Assembly (NCBI GenBank): GCA_029260935.1
Contig: JAJDCJ010000015.1
Coordinates: 1-62,068 of the forward strand
DNA: 62,068 nucleotides
Direction of reading: 5' to 3'
DNA from: Patescibacteria group bacterium
GTDB lineage: Bacteria; Patescibacteriota; Minisyncoccia; Phycocordibacterales; Phycocordibacteraceae
Shown: positions 38,007 to 47,241 of the stretch, piece by piece
Layout of the letters: each line of letters begins with the position of its first letter
How positions within the stretch are numbered: position 1 is the first letter of the stretch
Made by a program: the position numbers and the translations under genes
Notes under the pieces: generated by a model
What the model saw: the letters and a program-made list of their open reading frames with translations, nothing else
Database searches by the model: none
What the model was told of the DNA's origin: nothing

Positions 38007-38134
38007 AGTTATGTAAATAAATAATGTAACACTAACAAAGTGAAAAACAGCTGTTCACTGCCTCCTTATATTTTACCATTACACTTTGCTCTGTATGTGA
38101 GTAGTGGGGAAGAGTGTTCTCTTTTTCTTGCAAC

Positions 38135-38166
38135 AAAAAATGACAGAGTTATCTCTGTCATTTTTT
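38135..38166. terminator. Bidirectional intrinsic terminator
   Basis: aaaaaatgacagag-ttat-ctctgtcatttttt. Confidence 0.8.
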
Positions 38167-38177
38167 AAGTTATTTTT

Positions 38178-38309
38178 TCAAAAACACCCCCCTTTTAAAA
38201 CGCAACTGTCGCAGAGTTCAACGCATCTGCCGTTAATGGGGCTAATGGATGCACCGCAAGGACACGGGTTACAATAAATTCTTTCTATGCTTCCAAAATT
38301 CGTTTCCAT
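38178..38309 (-). CDS. 43-aa peptide with 7 Cys
   Basis: METNFGSIERIYCNPCPCGASISPINGRCVELCDSCVLKGGCF; hand translation. Confidence 0.6.
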   Translation of the reverse strand: METNFGSIERIYCNPCPCGASISPINGRCVELCDSCVLKGGCF

Positions 38310-38329
38310 ATTATAAAGTTCTTTATTAT

Positions 38330-38506
38330 TTAATCATCACCAAATTCGCCATAGTCACCATCGTCGTCATCATACTCATCATCATCGTCGTCACCGGGGC
38401 ATGTTGGAGAACAGTACCACGGACACACCAAGCCCTTTGTAGTAAATCTTTTTCCACATCCGTCGCACTCACATATCTTATGTATTTCTCCAAATCTTTG
38501 TTCCAT
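38330..38506 (-). CDS. 58-aa Cys-rich zinc-finger-like peptide with poly-Asp tail
   Basis: CECDGCGKRF...CPWYCSPTC then DDDDDEYDDDD. Confidence 0.7.
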   Translation of the reverse strand: MEQRFGEIHKICECDGCGKRFTTKGLVCPWYCSPTCPGDDDDDEYDDDDGDYGEFGDD

Positions 38507-38522
38507 ACTAATGTACTTTTAT

Positions 38523-38687
38523 TTAAACCCAGTCATAATTATCATTATGATGACCCCCTCCACCATTACCCGGTTGAGGTTTATTTTTTGGTTTTGCTTT
38601 TGGTTCAGGAGCACCGCGTTGACTGCCTTCATTGCCATCATGTTCAAATGTTTGAATTGCGCGCATAGTAAAAGGGTTTTCAATCAT
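38523..38687 (-). CDS. 54-aa low-complexity peptide
   Basis: MIENPF...PEPKAKPKNKPQPGNGGGGHH. Confidence 0.55.
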   Translation of the reverse strand: MIENPFTMRAIQTFEHDGNEGSQRGAPEPKAKPKNKPQPGNGGGGHHNDNYDWV

Positions 38688-38710
38688 AAAATTTATTTAT
38701 TATAGATTTT

Positions 38711-38932
38711 TTAAGAAAATTGATCCTCCTCTGCTTGTGCTTCTTCAGCTGCCTGTTCTCTCTTTCTTTGTATGCGTGCATCGTTGCTATCTGCTTTTTT
38801 TCTTTTCTTTTTAGCTGTTGCTATACCACCTGCTCTGCCCATTTTGCCCAATTTTTCAGTGTCATCAGAATGCCGTGCGTCGTCAACCTTTTTGGGGCGA
38901 GGTTTTAAGAGTCTGGTAGGGAATCCTTCCAT
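38711..38932 (-). CDS. 73-aa basic protein with KGG-like motif
   Basis: MGRAGG.AT motif; heads the micro-ORF run. Confidence 0.6.
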   Translation of the reverse strand: MEGFPTRLLKPRPKKVDDARHSDDTEKLGKMGRAGGIATAKKKRKKADSNDARIQRKREQAAEEAQAEEDQFS

Positions 38933-39130
38933 AAATTGTTTTATACCACTAATGTAGAATTAGCGCAAGTCCTCAGAATAGTATTTTCCACAGAGGGCAT
39001 TTTCTGGCTAATCGTCAGGGTCTATGTCCAAGTCCCACCACAAGTCAAAGCCGTCCGGCTCTTCGTCAGGGATGAGCGTGTAGGTGGTGTGCGGTTTTTC
39101 GTTATGTCCAAAATAGCTCATAGGTTTCTC

Positions 39131-39580
39131 TTAAAAAAAGCTGTCAATCACCACTTTTACATCTTCACTGTTGGCTTTGCCGGCGGTTTCCTTCATCACC
39201 GCGCCCATAAGGCGTCCGCTGTCTTTTGCTTCCGTAATACCCAACTCTGCTTTTTTAGCGTGTGCTATTTTTTGTATTTCTTCACTGCTCATCTGGGCAG
39301 GGAGGTAGGCTTCCAAAAGGGCTCGTTCAGCTTCTTCTTTTTGCGCCGATTCTTCACGCCCACCTGAACGGAATGCGGTAGCGGCTTCTTTTCTTTTTTT
39401 CACTTCACGGCGAATAACTCCAAGCGCCTCTTCTTCAGTCAGTTCGTCGGTAGGTTTTCTTTTGGTGGCAACTAGCTCATTCGTAAACGCGGCAGTAAGT
39501 CCTCGTAATGTATTTGTTTTCAGAGGGTCTTTTGCTTTCATAGCAACTATAATTTCATCTTTTATACTTTTTTGCATCAT
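39131..39580 (-). CDS. GatB/YqeY domain protein
   Basis: AMKAKD, KKRKEA..AF..GGR, YLPAQMS, GRLMGAVM. Confidence 0.92.
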   Translation of the reverse strand: MMQKSIKDEIIVAMKAKDPLKTNTLRGLTAAFTNELVATKRKPTDELTEEEALGVIRREVKKRKEAATAFRSGGREESAQKEEAERALLEAYLPAQMSSEEIQKIAHAKKAELGITEAKDSGRLMGAVMKETAGKANSEDVKVVIDSFF

Positions 39581-39629
39581 ATGAGTCCAGTATAGCATTT
39601 TTAGGCATTTAACTTGGTATACTTTTCTT

Positions 39630-42272
39630 ATGCAAAGTCCGTGGTATGCACAGGGAAGGGAAGATCTCCTTAAGCAATTTACTGTGTCTGAAAACAGGGG
39701 ATTAGAAGATACGGAAGTCACGAAACGTCTTTCACTCTATGGTTCTAATTCTTTGGAGGAAAAATCCAAAGGTTTTGGTGTGTTGGTGTTTTTTAAACAG
39801 TTTACCAATCCATTAGTTATTATTCTGCTCGTTGCATTTTTAGGGACACTGTATTTACAAGAAACCGTTGACGCATTTGTCATTGCCACTGCTCTTTTGG
39901 TAAATGTAGTGATTGGTTTTATCCAAGAGTATCGGGCACATCGGGCGTTTGAAGCTCTGGTGAGCACAGAAACACATTCCGTGTTGGTGTTACGTGCCGG
40001 CACCAAACTTCTTGTACCAACCAAAGAGCTCGTGCCCGGCGATATTATTTTTCTTGAACCAGGGGTACTCATTCCTGCTGATCTATACTTGTTGTCATCA
40101 ACTGACTTCTCGGTGTCTGAAGCGCATCTTACTGGCGAGTCTCATCCCGTTGAAAAACATACTGGGATTCTCCCTGAAGGGATCCCTGTCTACGAACGGA
40201 GCAACATGCTTTTCATGGGCTCTTCCGTACTCTCGGGCACTGCAACGGGGCTGACGGTGGCAACGGGACTAACGGCGGAGGTCGGCCGTATTGCAGAGAG
40301 TCTTAAAAATTACAGTGCGACAAAAACACCTATTGAAAAAAGTGTAGAACGTTTGGCACGGTTTCTCTCACTTTTAATAGTGGGTGTCATTGCGATATTG
40401 TTTTTAGTCGGTGCCTTACAGGAAACACCTTTTACTGAAACTCTTTTGTTGGGTATTGCTTTGGCTGTTTCTGTAGTTCCAGAAGGCCTCCCCGCCGCAG
40501 TGACCGCAATATTAGCAATCGGTATGGAGAAAATCTTGAAAAAACGAGGATTAGTACGTAACCTACTTGCGGCAGAAACACTGGGCTCAACTACTATTAT
40601 TCTCACTGACAAAACAGGCACTCTCACTGAAGCAAAGATGAAATTGGCGGATATTGTTACGTGGCACTCAACAGGGTGCAACATCAATAACCTTGATGAC
40701 GATCAGGTAGAAACCCTCACCGCTGCACTATATGCCTCCGATGCACTCGTATTGAACCGGCAAGAAAAGACATTGCATGGACAGCCCACTGAAAAAGCTA
40801 TCGCATCAACGGCGCTTGATGCAGGTATCTATGAATCTGCCATGGGCAATGCTAATGAGCGTATTGATTTTCTCAAGTTCTCTTCGCGTCGTCGCTATGC
40901 AGCAGCGCTGTATACACACGAAGACCATACCAGTGTGTATATAAGTGGAGCGCCAGAGAAACTTCTTCTTTCGGCTCGTTATTATCATGATGCAGGAGTG
41001 AAAAAGAAAATGACCGAAGAAGCGCGAGGCATGTTCAAAGAAAAAATGGACCTACTGACTCAAAAAGGGAACCGGGCAATTGCTGTTTCTGTGGTTACCG
41101 TAGCTGGCAATTCTTTGCATACTTCTAAAAAAGACGGTGTATTAAAAGAAAGTGAATTTCTCGGCATTATAGCGTTTACCGACCCAGTGAGAAGCGACGT
41201 TCCCAAGGCAATTAAGGAGGTACAAGAGGCCGGTGTACGAGTAGTTATGGTAACGGGAGATACACCAAAGACAGCTTTGGCAATAGCTCAAGAGGTGGGT
41301 ATCGCAGGGGAGGAGGCACGTGTCATCATCGGGCAGGAAATTGAAAATATGAGTGACCAACAGTTGAGTGACGCTTTGCGTGGTGGATATGTTTTTGCAC
41401 GTATTTTGCCACACCAGAAGAAAAGACTAGTTGAAGTGTTGCAGGCGCAAGGGGAAGTGGTGGGTATGACGGGTGACGGTGTGAACGACGCACCGGCGCT
41501 TCAGTCGGCCGCCATTGGTATTGCTGTTGGTTCAGGCACTGAAGTTGCACGTGAGGCATCTGACCTTATTTTGCTTGATGATAGCTTTTCAATAATTGTC
41601 GCGGCTATTGCCGAAGGAAGGCGTATTATGGATAACCTTAAAAAAGCAGTGGTGCATCTTATTACCACAAGTTTCCATGAGGTGTTTATTATTAGCGTTG
41701 CCGTGCTTTTCGCTTTACCGCTTCCCATACTGCCGGTTCAGATTTTGTGGGTAAATATCCTTGAAGAGGGCTTCCTCACTTTTGGTTTTGCGTTTGAGCC
41801 ACAGGAGAAGGGAATTATGAAGCAAAAACCACAGTCACAAAAACTACGTACCATTCTGACCAAAGAGGTAAAAAATCTTATTATATTAGCAGGAGTGATC
41901 ACCGGAGTGTTCAGCACCGGCCTCTTCCTTTGGTTGCTCGGGCGTGGCACTCCTGTTGAGGAAATACGCACTATTATGTTTGTGGTACTCTCGCTTGATT
42001 CCTTGTTGTTTGCCTTCTCTTTAAAACAACTGCACCACCCCGTATGGACGGCAAATATCTTTAATAACCGCTACTTGCTGACCGCAATTAGTGCTTCTGC
42101 CGTTGGTATTTTTATAACATTTGCATTTGAGCCACTGCGAACCATCCTCTCGCTGTCACTCCCGAACACGTTTGACATAGTAGTGCTTGTCTTTGTAGCA
42201 TTCGTTAATATAGCCACCATTGAGATTTCAAAAATGGTCGTTTTCAGATCAAGTGCTAAAATACCTGTATGA
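39630..42272 (+). CDS. P-type cation-transporting ATPase (P2A, Ca2+-like)
   Basis: TGES, PEGLP, DKTGTLT, GDGVNDAPAL. Confidence 0.95.
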   Translation: MQSPWYAQGREDLLKQFTVSENRGLEDTEVTKRLSLYGSNSLEEKSKGFGVLVFFKQFTNPLVIILLVAFLGTLYLQETVDAFVIATALLVNVVIGFIQEYRAHRAFEALVSTETHSVLVLRAGTKLLVPTKELVPGDIIFLEPGVLIPADLYLLSSTDFSVSEAHLTGESHPVEKHTGILPEGIPVYERSNMLFMGSSVLSGTATGLTVATGLTAEVGRIAESLKNYSATKTPIEKSVERLARFLSLLIVGVIAILFLVGALQETPFTETLLLGIALAVSVVPEGLPAAVTAILAIGMEKILKKRGLVRNLLAAETLGSTTIILTDKTGTLTEAKMKLADIVTWHSTGCNINNLDDDQVETLTAALYASDALVLNRQEKTLHGQPTEKAIASTALDAGIYESAMGNANERIDFLKFSSRRRYAAALYTHEDHTSVYISGAPEKLLLSARYYHDAGVKKKMTEEARGMFKEKMDLLTQKGNRAIAVSVVTVAGNSLHTSKKDGVLKESEFLGIIAFTDPVRSDVPKAIKEVQEAGVRVVMVTGDTPKTALAIAQEVGIAGEEARVIIGQEIENMSDQQLSDALRGGYVFARILPHQKKRLVEVLQAQGEVVGMTGDGVNDAPALQSAAIGIAVGSGTEVAREASDLILLDDSFSIIVAAIAEGRRIMDNLKKAVVHLITTSFHEVFIISVAVLFALPLPILPVQILWVNILEEGFLTFGFAFEPQEKGIMKQKPQSQKLRTILTKEVKNLIILAGVITGVFSTGLFLWLLGRGTPVEEIRTIMFVVLSLDSLLFAFSLKQLHHPVWTANIFNNRYLLTAISASAVGIFITFAFEPLRTILSLSLPNTFDIVVLVFVAFVNIATIEISKMVVFRSSAKIPV

Positions 42273-43309
42273 CAGAAGGGATTTTGATTGTACTTGTTGT
42301 TTTGGTGTTAGGTATCAATATCGGAGTTGTTGTTCTACTGTTTCTTAGAAAGAAACCAGAATCAGACACTTCAGGACTCTCTCTTATTCAACAGCAGGTG
42401 CAAGAGCTTTCAAAAACACTTGACGCCCGTGTGTCCGAATCGTCACGCGCTATGCAGGAAAATGCCCACCGGCAGTTTTCAGAGTCTTCAAAACTCATAA
42501 AGGAAATTACTCAGGAGGTAACGAGTGTAAAAGAGATAGGAAGGCAGACACAGAACTTTGCAGAACAACTCAAGAGTCTTCAGGATATTTTAAAAAATCC
42601 AAAACAACGCGGTGTGTTGGGTGAATATTATTTGGAAACGGTACTTAAAAATGTATTACCGCCGGGCATCTACCAAACACAGTATCCATTCAAGAATGGC
42701 GAGATTGTTGATGCGGTGGTATTTATCAATGAAAAAATAGTACCGATTGACTCAAAGTTTTCACTTGAAAACTACAATCGTCTGGTGCAGGCCGCACCGG
42801 AAGAAAAACCTGCACTTGAAAAAGCATTTGTAAACGACCTCAAGTTACGTATTACCGAGACTGCAAAGTATATTCGTCCTGAGGAAAATACTATGGACTT
42901 TGCTTTTATGTTTATTCCGTCCGAGGGTATTTATTATGATTTACTCACGAACCAAGTGGGTGCAGGTGACGATGAAAACCTTATTCAGCGCGCCGCAAGT
43001 AAACATAAAGTAATTATTGTTTCACCAACTTCATTTTTGGCATATCTTCAAACGGTGATGCAGGGACTCAAGGCCTTGAGTATTGAAAAGAAAGCTGAAG
43101 AAATCCAGAAACGAGTCGGGGAGTTAGGTAAGCATTTGCAGACCTATGAGGGGTATATGCAGAAGCTGGGGAACACACTGGGAACAAGCGTAAACCACTA
43201 TAATGCCGCCTACAAAGAGCTTGGGAAGGTAGACAAAGACGTCCTGCGCATTACGGGCGAAGCCCCCGGGTTTGAGGTAGAAACCCTCCATGGACCTGAT
43301 AGGGAATGA
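42269..43309 (+). CDS. rmuC: DNA recombination protein RmuC
   Basis: RGVLGE, IDSKF, FAFMFIPSE, VSPTS. Confidence 0.92.
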   Translation: MTEGILIVLVVLVLGINIGVVVLLFLRKKPESDTSGLSLIQQQVQELSKTLDARVSESSRAMQENAHRQFSESSKLIKEITQEVTSVKEIGRQTQNFAEQLKSLQDILKNPKQRGVLGEYYLETVLKNVLPPGIYQTQYPFKNGEIVDAVVFINEKIVPIDSKFSLENYNRLVQAAPEEKPALEKAFVNDLKLRITETAKYIRPEENTMDFAFMFIPSEGIYYDLLTNQVGAGDDENLIQRAASKHKVIIVSPTSFLAYLQTVMQGLKALSIEKKAEEIQKRVGELGKHLQTYEGYMQKLGNTLGTSVNHYNAAYKELGKVDKDVLRITGEAPGFEVETLHGPDRE

Positions 43310-43357
43310 CCGAAACAACCCCCCCCTTTTTTTTTCGCTAGCGAAGAGGGGTTTGTT

Positions 43358-43380
43358 TGAGCAAGGACGGTCCTTGCTCA
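43358..43380. repeat. REP-like odd palindrome
   Basis: tgagcaaggac-g-gtccttgctca inside a longer C-rich/G-rich fold-back 43316-43428. Confidence 0.7.
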
Positions 43381-43462
43381 GGGGTCCTTGCGGTAAAAAT
43401 AAAAAAGGGAGGGACAGAAGGGGGGTTGCTAAAAAGCTCATAATCCAGTATATTTGCTTGAT

Positions 43463-43777
43463 ATGAAACTGGTAGTAATAAAAACAGGGGGCAAACAGTA
43501 CCTAGCTGAAAAGGACACTATCCTCACCGTTGAAAAATTTGGAAAAGACCTGAAGAAAGGGGACAAAGTATCTTTTGATAAAGTGCTCCTTACTGACGAT
43601 GGAAAAACCACGAAAGTGGGGGAGCCGATGATTGACGGGGCCGAAGTAAAAGCCGAAGTCTTGGAGGTAGGAAGGGGTAAGAAAAAGCTTATTTTTAGAT
43701 ATAAAGCAAAGAGTAATTACCGAAAGAAAAAGGGCCATCGCCAGCCGTTTGTGAAGGTAAAAATCACTGATTTGTAA
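43463..43777 (+). CDS. rplU: 50S ribosomal protein L21
   Basis: IKTGGKQY, GHRQP. Confidence 0.97.
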   Translation: MKLVVIKTGGKQYLAEKDTILTVEKFGKDLKKGDKVSFDKVLLTDDGKTTKVGEPMIDGAEVKAEVLEVGRGKKKLIFRYKAKSNYRKKKGHRQPFVKVKITDL

Positions 43778-43862
43778 ACAAAAATAGACTATTGACAAAA
43801 TAGTCTATTTTTGTTATTATATCTTAGTATTGTTAATACATTAATTATAAAAATATTATATT

Positions 43863-43970
43863 ATGGAAGGACCATCAATTCTTGAAAATATTGCACTTCA
43901 CTCTATAGGGGGTCTAGTGCTTGCAGGGTTAATTTGGGTTATCTGTGAAAAGGTTTCTAATAACGACTAA
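43863..43970 (+). CDS. 35-aa single-TM micro-protein
   Basis: MEGPSILENIALHSIGGLVLAGLIWVICEK; TTGACA-17-TATTAT upstream within a palindrome. Confidence 0.45.
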   Translation: MEGPSILENIALHSIGGLVLAGLIWVICEKVSNND

Positions 43971-44572
43971 CCTCTACTGGTAAAGGCACTACGCAAAGTT
44001 TCTTGGTCGGCATATTCAATTTCAGCTCCCAAAGATAACCCACGTCCAAGAGTAGATACTACTAAACCGGGCGCTTCACTTTGAAGCGCCTTTTTTAATT
44101 CCTGCGCCGTAAAGTCCCCTTCAGGGGTTGTGGCAAAGGCAAGGATAATTTCAGTGTAGGCGTTGTGCTCGCGTATGTGTTTAATAAGAGCATCAACACG
44201 GGGTGTGGTGGCACTCTTACGTTGCTTTGCAAGTGGTATAAGTGCGCCCAGTACAAAATAGCGCCCAGTATAGGTTCCAATACTTTCAACTCCCTCTATA
44301 TCAACATCCTTCTCAACCACTGTTAAAATATGGTCGTCGCGATTTTTGTCATTACATATCCGACACAAGCTGTGATCACTAGTATCGTCATATCGGAAAC
44401 ATTGAACGCATTGTTTTATATGCTCATTAATATGCACTATTGCTTCGCTTACATCCGTGCGATATGTAGGATTGCTACGTAATAAAAACTGCACAACTCT
44501 GCGCGCCTGCCGTGGTCCAATACCAGGCATTTCAGAAATAAGATCCACTAGTTTTTGAATGGAGTGTGGCAT
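43967..44572 (-). CDS. recR: Recombination mediator RecR
   Basis: PGIGPR, C4 zinc finger, TOPRIM EG..TA, EYAD. Confidence 0.95.
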   Translation of the reverse strand: MPHSIQKLVDLISEMPGIGPRQARRVVQFLLRSNPTYRTDVSEAIVHINEHIKQCVQCFRYDDTSDHSLCRICNDKNRDDHILTVVEKDVDIEGVESIGTYTGRYFVLGALIPLAKQRKSATTPRVDALIKHIREHNAYTEIILAFATTPEGDFTAQELKKALQSEAPGLVVSTLGRGLSLGAEIEYADQETLRSAFTSRG

Positions 44573-44575
44573 ATC

Positions 44576-45961
44576 TTAGAAATCTTCATTCGTAGCTGTG
44601 GCACCAACTGGCTGTGCTCCATAATTACTTTTATCAAGTGACATAAATGTTGTACGTTTTTCATCAAAGTAGAGGTCAACTTTTCCAACTGCGCCATTTC
44701 GGTGTTTTTCAATGAGAATTTCTGCCATATTATTTTGCTCAGCTTCGTCATTCATTCGGTCTTCCCGATGAATAAACATCACCACATCGGCATCCTGTTC
44801 AAGAGCACCAGAGTCGCGTAAATCGCTGAGGCGTGGTTTACCGCGTCTTTGTTCAATGGCGCGCGAGAGTTGTGAGAGCGCCAACACAGGCACTTCAAGT
44901 TCACGCGCCAGTGTTTTAAGTGAGCGGGATATTTCAGTCACTTGTTGCACCATAGAATCAGATGCGCGCGTTGCAGTTGGTGCCATCAGCTGAAGATAGT
45001 CAACAATAAGGAGTCCGATGCCATGTTCGCGTTTTAAGCGTCGCGCAACGGAACGCATAATAACGGCGTTTGTTGATGGCTGGTCATCAATATAAATAGG
45101 TGCTTTTGAAAGTTTTTCCATACCATCACGCACGCGTTGAAACTCCTCATCTGAGCGAATGCGACCGGTGCGAAGATCCCATGCATTTACTTTTGCCTCA
45201 GCCGATAGCATACGGTCAACGAGCTGTTGCGAGCTCATTTCAAGAGAGAATATACCCACAGGGGTGCCGTAGTTAATTGCAGTTTGTCGCGCAATATCAA
45301 GCGCAAGCGCAGTCTTTCCCATTGAGGGGCGTGCCGCCAAAATAATAAGGTCGGCTGGTTGGAAACCAGCGAGAATGTTATCAAGCGCGGGGAATCCACT
45401 AGGAACACCACGCAACTCATGGTCTGACCCGTGCAGTTTTTCAAATCGGTCCCATGCTTCGCCCAGCATGTCTTTCATCGGAATAAACTTACGCATAGTA
45501 GGGGATGAGGTAACCTCAGTCATACGTTTGTCGGCAGTATCTAAAAGATCCTCAATATTAAGAGCTTCGTTGTATCCCATTTCACTAATTTCACCTGCAG
45601 CATCAATCAGGTTTCGCATCATTGATTTTTTCTGAACAATTTCAGCATAGTATTTTAAGTTTGCTGACGTTGGGACTTGCCCCACAAGTTCAGCGAGATA
45701 TACATTACCACCTATGCGGTCAAGTGCACTCATATCTTTGAGTCGGTTCCCGACACTCAACAGGTCAATAGGATTGCTAGCGCTCATGAGGTCAAGCATG
45801 GCGCGGAAAATTGTTTTATTTTTTTCAACGTAAAAAGATTCAGGAGAGATAATATCAACCGCATCATGAATGGCATCTGCCTTAAGCATGATTGATCCCA
45901 GCAGTGCTCTTTCAGCGTCAATGTTTTGAGGAGGCACTCTTCCTGGTGTTGCGTTTGCCAT
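44576..45961 (-). CDS. dnaB: Replicative DNA helicase
   Basis: AARPSMGKT, DYLQL, LSQLSR, DLRDSGALEQDAD. Confidence 0.98.
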   Translation of the reverse strand: MANATPGRVPPQNIDAERALLGSIMLKADAIHDAVDIISPESFYVEKNKTIFRAMLDLMSASNPIDLLSVGNRLKDMSALDRIGGNVYLAELVGQVPTSANLKYYAEIVQKKSMMRNLIDAAGEISEMGYNEALNIEDLLDTADKRMTEVTSSPTMRKFIPMKDMLGEAWDRFEKLHGSDHELRGVPSGFPALDNILAGFQPADLIILAARPSMGKTALALDIARQTAINYGTPVGIFSLEMSSQQLVDRMLSAEAKVNAWDLRTGRIRSDEEFQRVRDGMEKLSKAPIYIDDQPSTNAVIMRSVARRLKREHGIGLLIVDYLQLMAPTATRASDSMVQQVTEISRSLKTLARELEVPVLALSQLSRAIEQRRGKPRLSDLRDSGALEQDADVVMFIHREDRMNDEAEQNNMAEILIEKHRNGAVGKVDLYFDEKRTTFMSLDKSNYGAQPVGATATNEDF

Positions 45962-46092
45962 AGACCTATTTTAACAGAGTCGGACAATTTCAGTATCATT
46001 TAAAATACGCACTTACAAACATTTTTTCCACTAAGTTATACCACTATTGAAATATTGACATTGTGCAATATCTACGTATAATCTTCTCATAT

Positions 46093-46251
46093 ATGACGGA
46101 AAGATCAAAAAAAGGAAGTGAGCACTTTAATTTCAATCAAACGTATGTGACGTACTCTCTCCTAGTCGTGCTATTACTGGTGGCCGCCGGCACCTGGAGT
46201 CTTGTCAACTATCAGGATCATCTTAGTATGGCTAAATTTGATTTAGACTAG
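46093..46251 (+). CDS. 52-aa single-TM micro-protein
   Basis: TTGACA-16-TATAAT (46055-46082) upstream; TM segment. Confidence 0.55.
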   Translation: MTERSKKGSEHFNFNQTYVTYSLLVVLLLVAAGTWSLVNYQDHLSMAKFDLD

Positions 46252-47162
46252 AACCATTTTCTTAATTTAAAGTAGGCGAAAAAGAGAACTGTCAGGATGC
46301 CCATTCCTACTAAAATAATAATAAAATCGTGAGGAGCGCCAACAATAGGGGTGTCTCGGGTATTCATTCCGAACACGGCGGCAATAAGGGTAAGTGGGAA
46401 TGTCACAAAGGCCATAATAGTGAGGTTTTTCATTATTTCGTTCTGTCTCGTTGAAAGGAGGGCTATGTTTGTTTCGCGCAGTTCATTAATAACATCACTC
46501 ATAATAAGCGCTCGGCTGTGAACACGATAGTGTAGTGTGTTTGCTGCCTTAATATAACGCCCAATGTCATCTCCAAGGAGTGAGGTAGCGGCATTTTCAA
46601 GCGCCCCAAGCACATCATGATGTGACCCTAAAAGACGTTTGTGTGTGAATAGTTCTCGGCTGGCAATTGAAATAGCACTGACCATTTCTTTCTCCTTCCC
46701 TTCAAAAATATTGTCTTCTATTGTGCGGATAGTATCTTCAAGCGCATCAAGCTCATTGTCGGCCGCCTGGTACAGACGTTGTGCTAGTTCCAAAAAGATA
46801 ATACCGACGTTTGTGTTTTTTTTGTCGTCCCTCATTAAAGCTGCCGCTTCAAACATTTTAGTCAGATCATACGTTGCGCTTTCTGCGGTGTAGTGGACGG
46901 TAATAATGAAGTCTTTTCCAAGCACGATGTCAATTTCATGGCTCGTTTCAAGTCCATGGGTAAAACGTAGGGCGGGGAAGTGAAGTACGGTGTACACAAA
47001 ACCCGGATATATATCAACGTGTGGTTTTGCCGTTGGTGTGAGTAATTCCTCAACAAAAAGCGAGCCAAGGTCAAACTCATTAGTGACAGCAACAATTTCG
47101 TCAAGTGTTGGATTTTCTAAGTCCACCCATATGGCGCCTTTCTTTTCGTAGCGGGATAACAT
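46248..47162 (-). CDS. corA: CorA-family Mg2+ transporter
   Basis: WVDL..PT, FGMN, two C-terminal TMs. Confidence 0.9.
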   Translation of the reverse strand: MLSRYEKKGAIWVDLENPTLDEIVAVTNEFDLGSLFVEELLTPTAKPHVDIYPGFVYTVLHFPALRFTHGLETSHEIDIVLGKDFIITVHYTAESATYDLTKMFEAAALMRDDKKNTNVGIIFLELAQRLYQAADNELDALEDTIRTIEDNIFEGKEKEMVSAISIASRELFTHKRLLGSHHDVLGALENAATSLLGDDIGRYIKAANTLHYRVHSRALIMSDVINELRETNIALLSTRQNEIMKNLTIMAFVTFPLTLIAAVFGMNTRDTPIVGAPHDFIIILVGMGILTVLFFAYFKLRKWF

Positions 47163-47241
47163 ATGTCTTTTAGTATACCCCACCAGGCGCAAAGGTATTC
47201 CACGGTATGTGGGATAGTAGGAGTAAATTTTTTATGGCACA

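Noticed and set aside
38249..39367. Plus-strand ORFs 38249-38668 and 38936-39367
   Set aside because: Antisense shadows of the minus-strand micro-operon and the YqeY gene.
44576..45961. Intein in DnaB
   Set aside because: Normal length (461 aa) with contiguous motifs.
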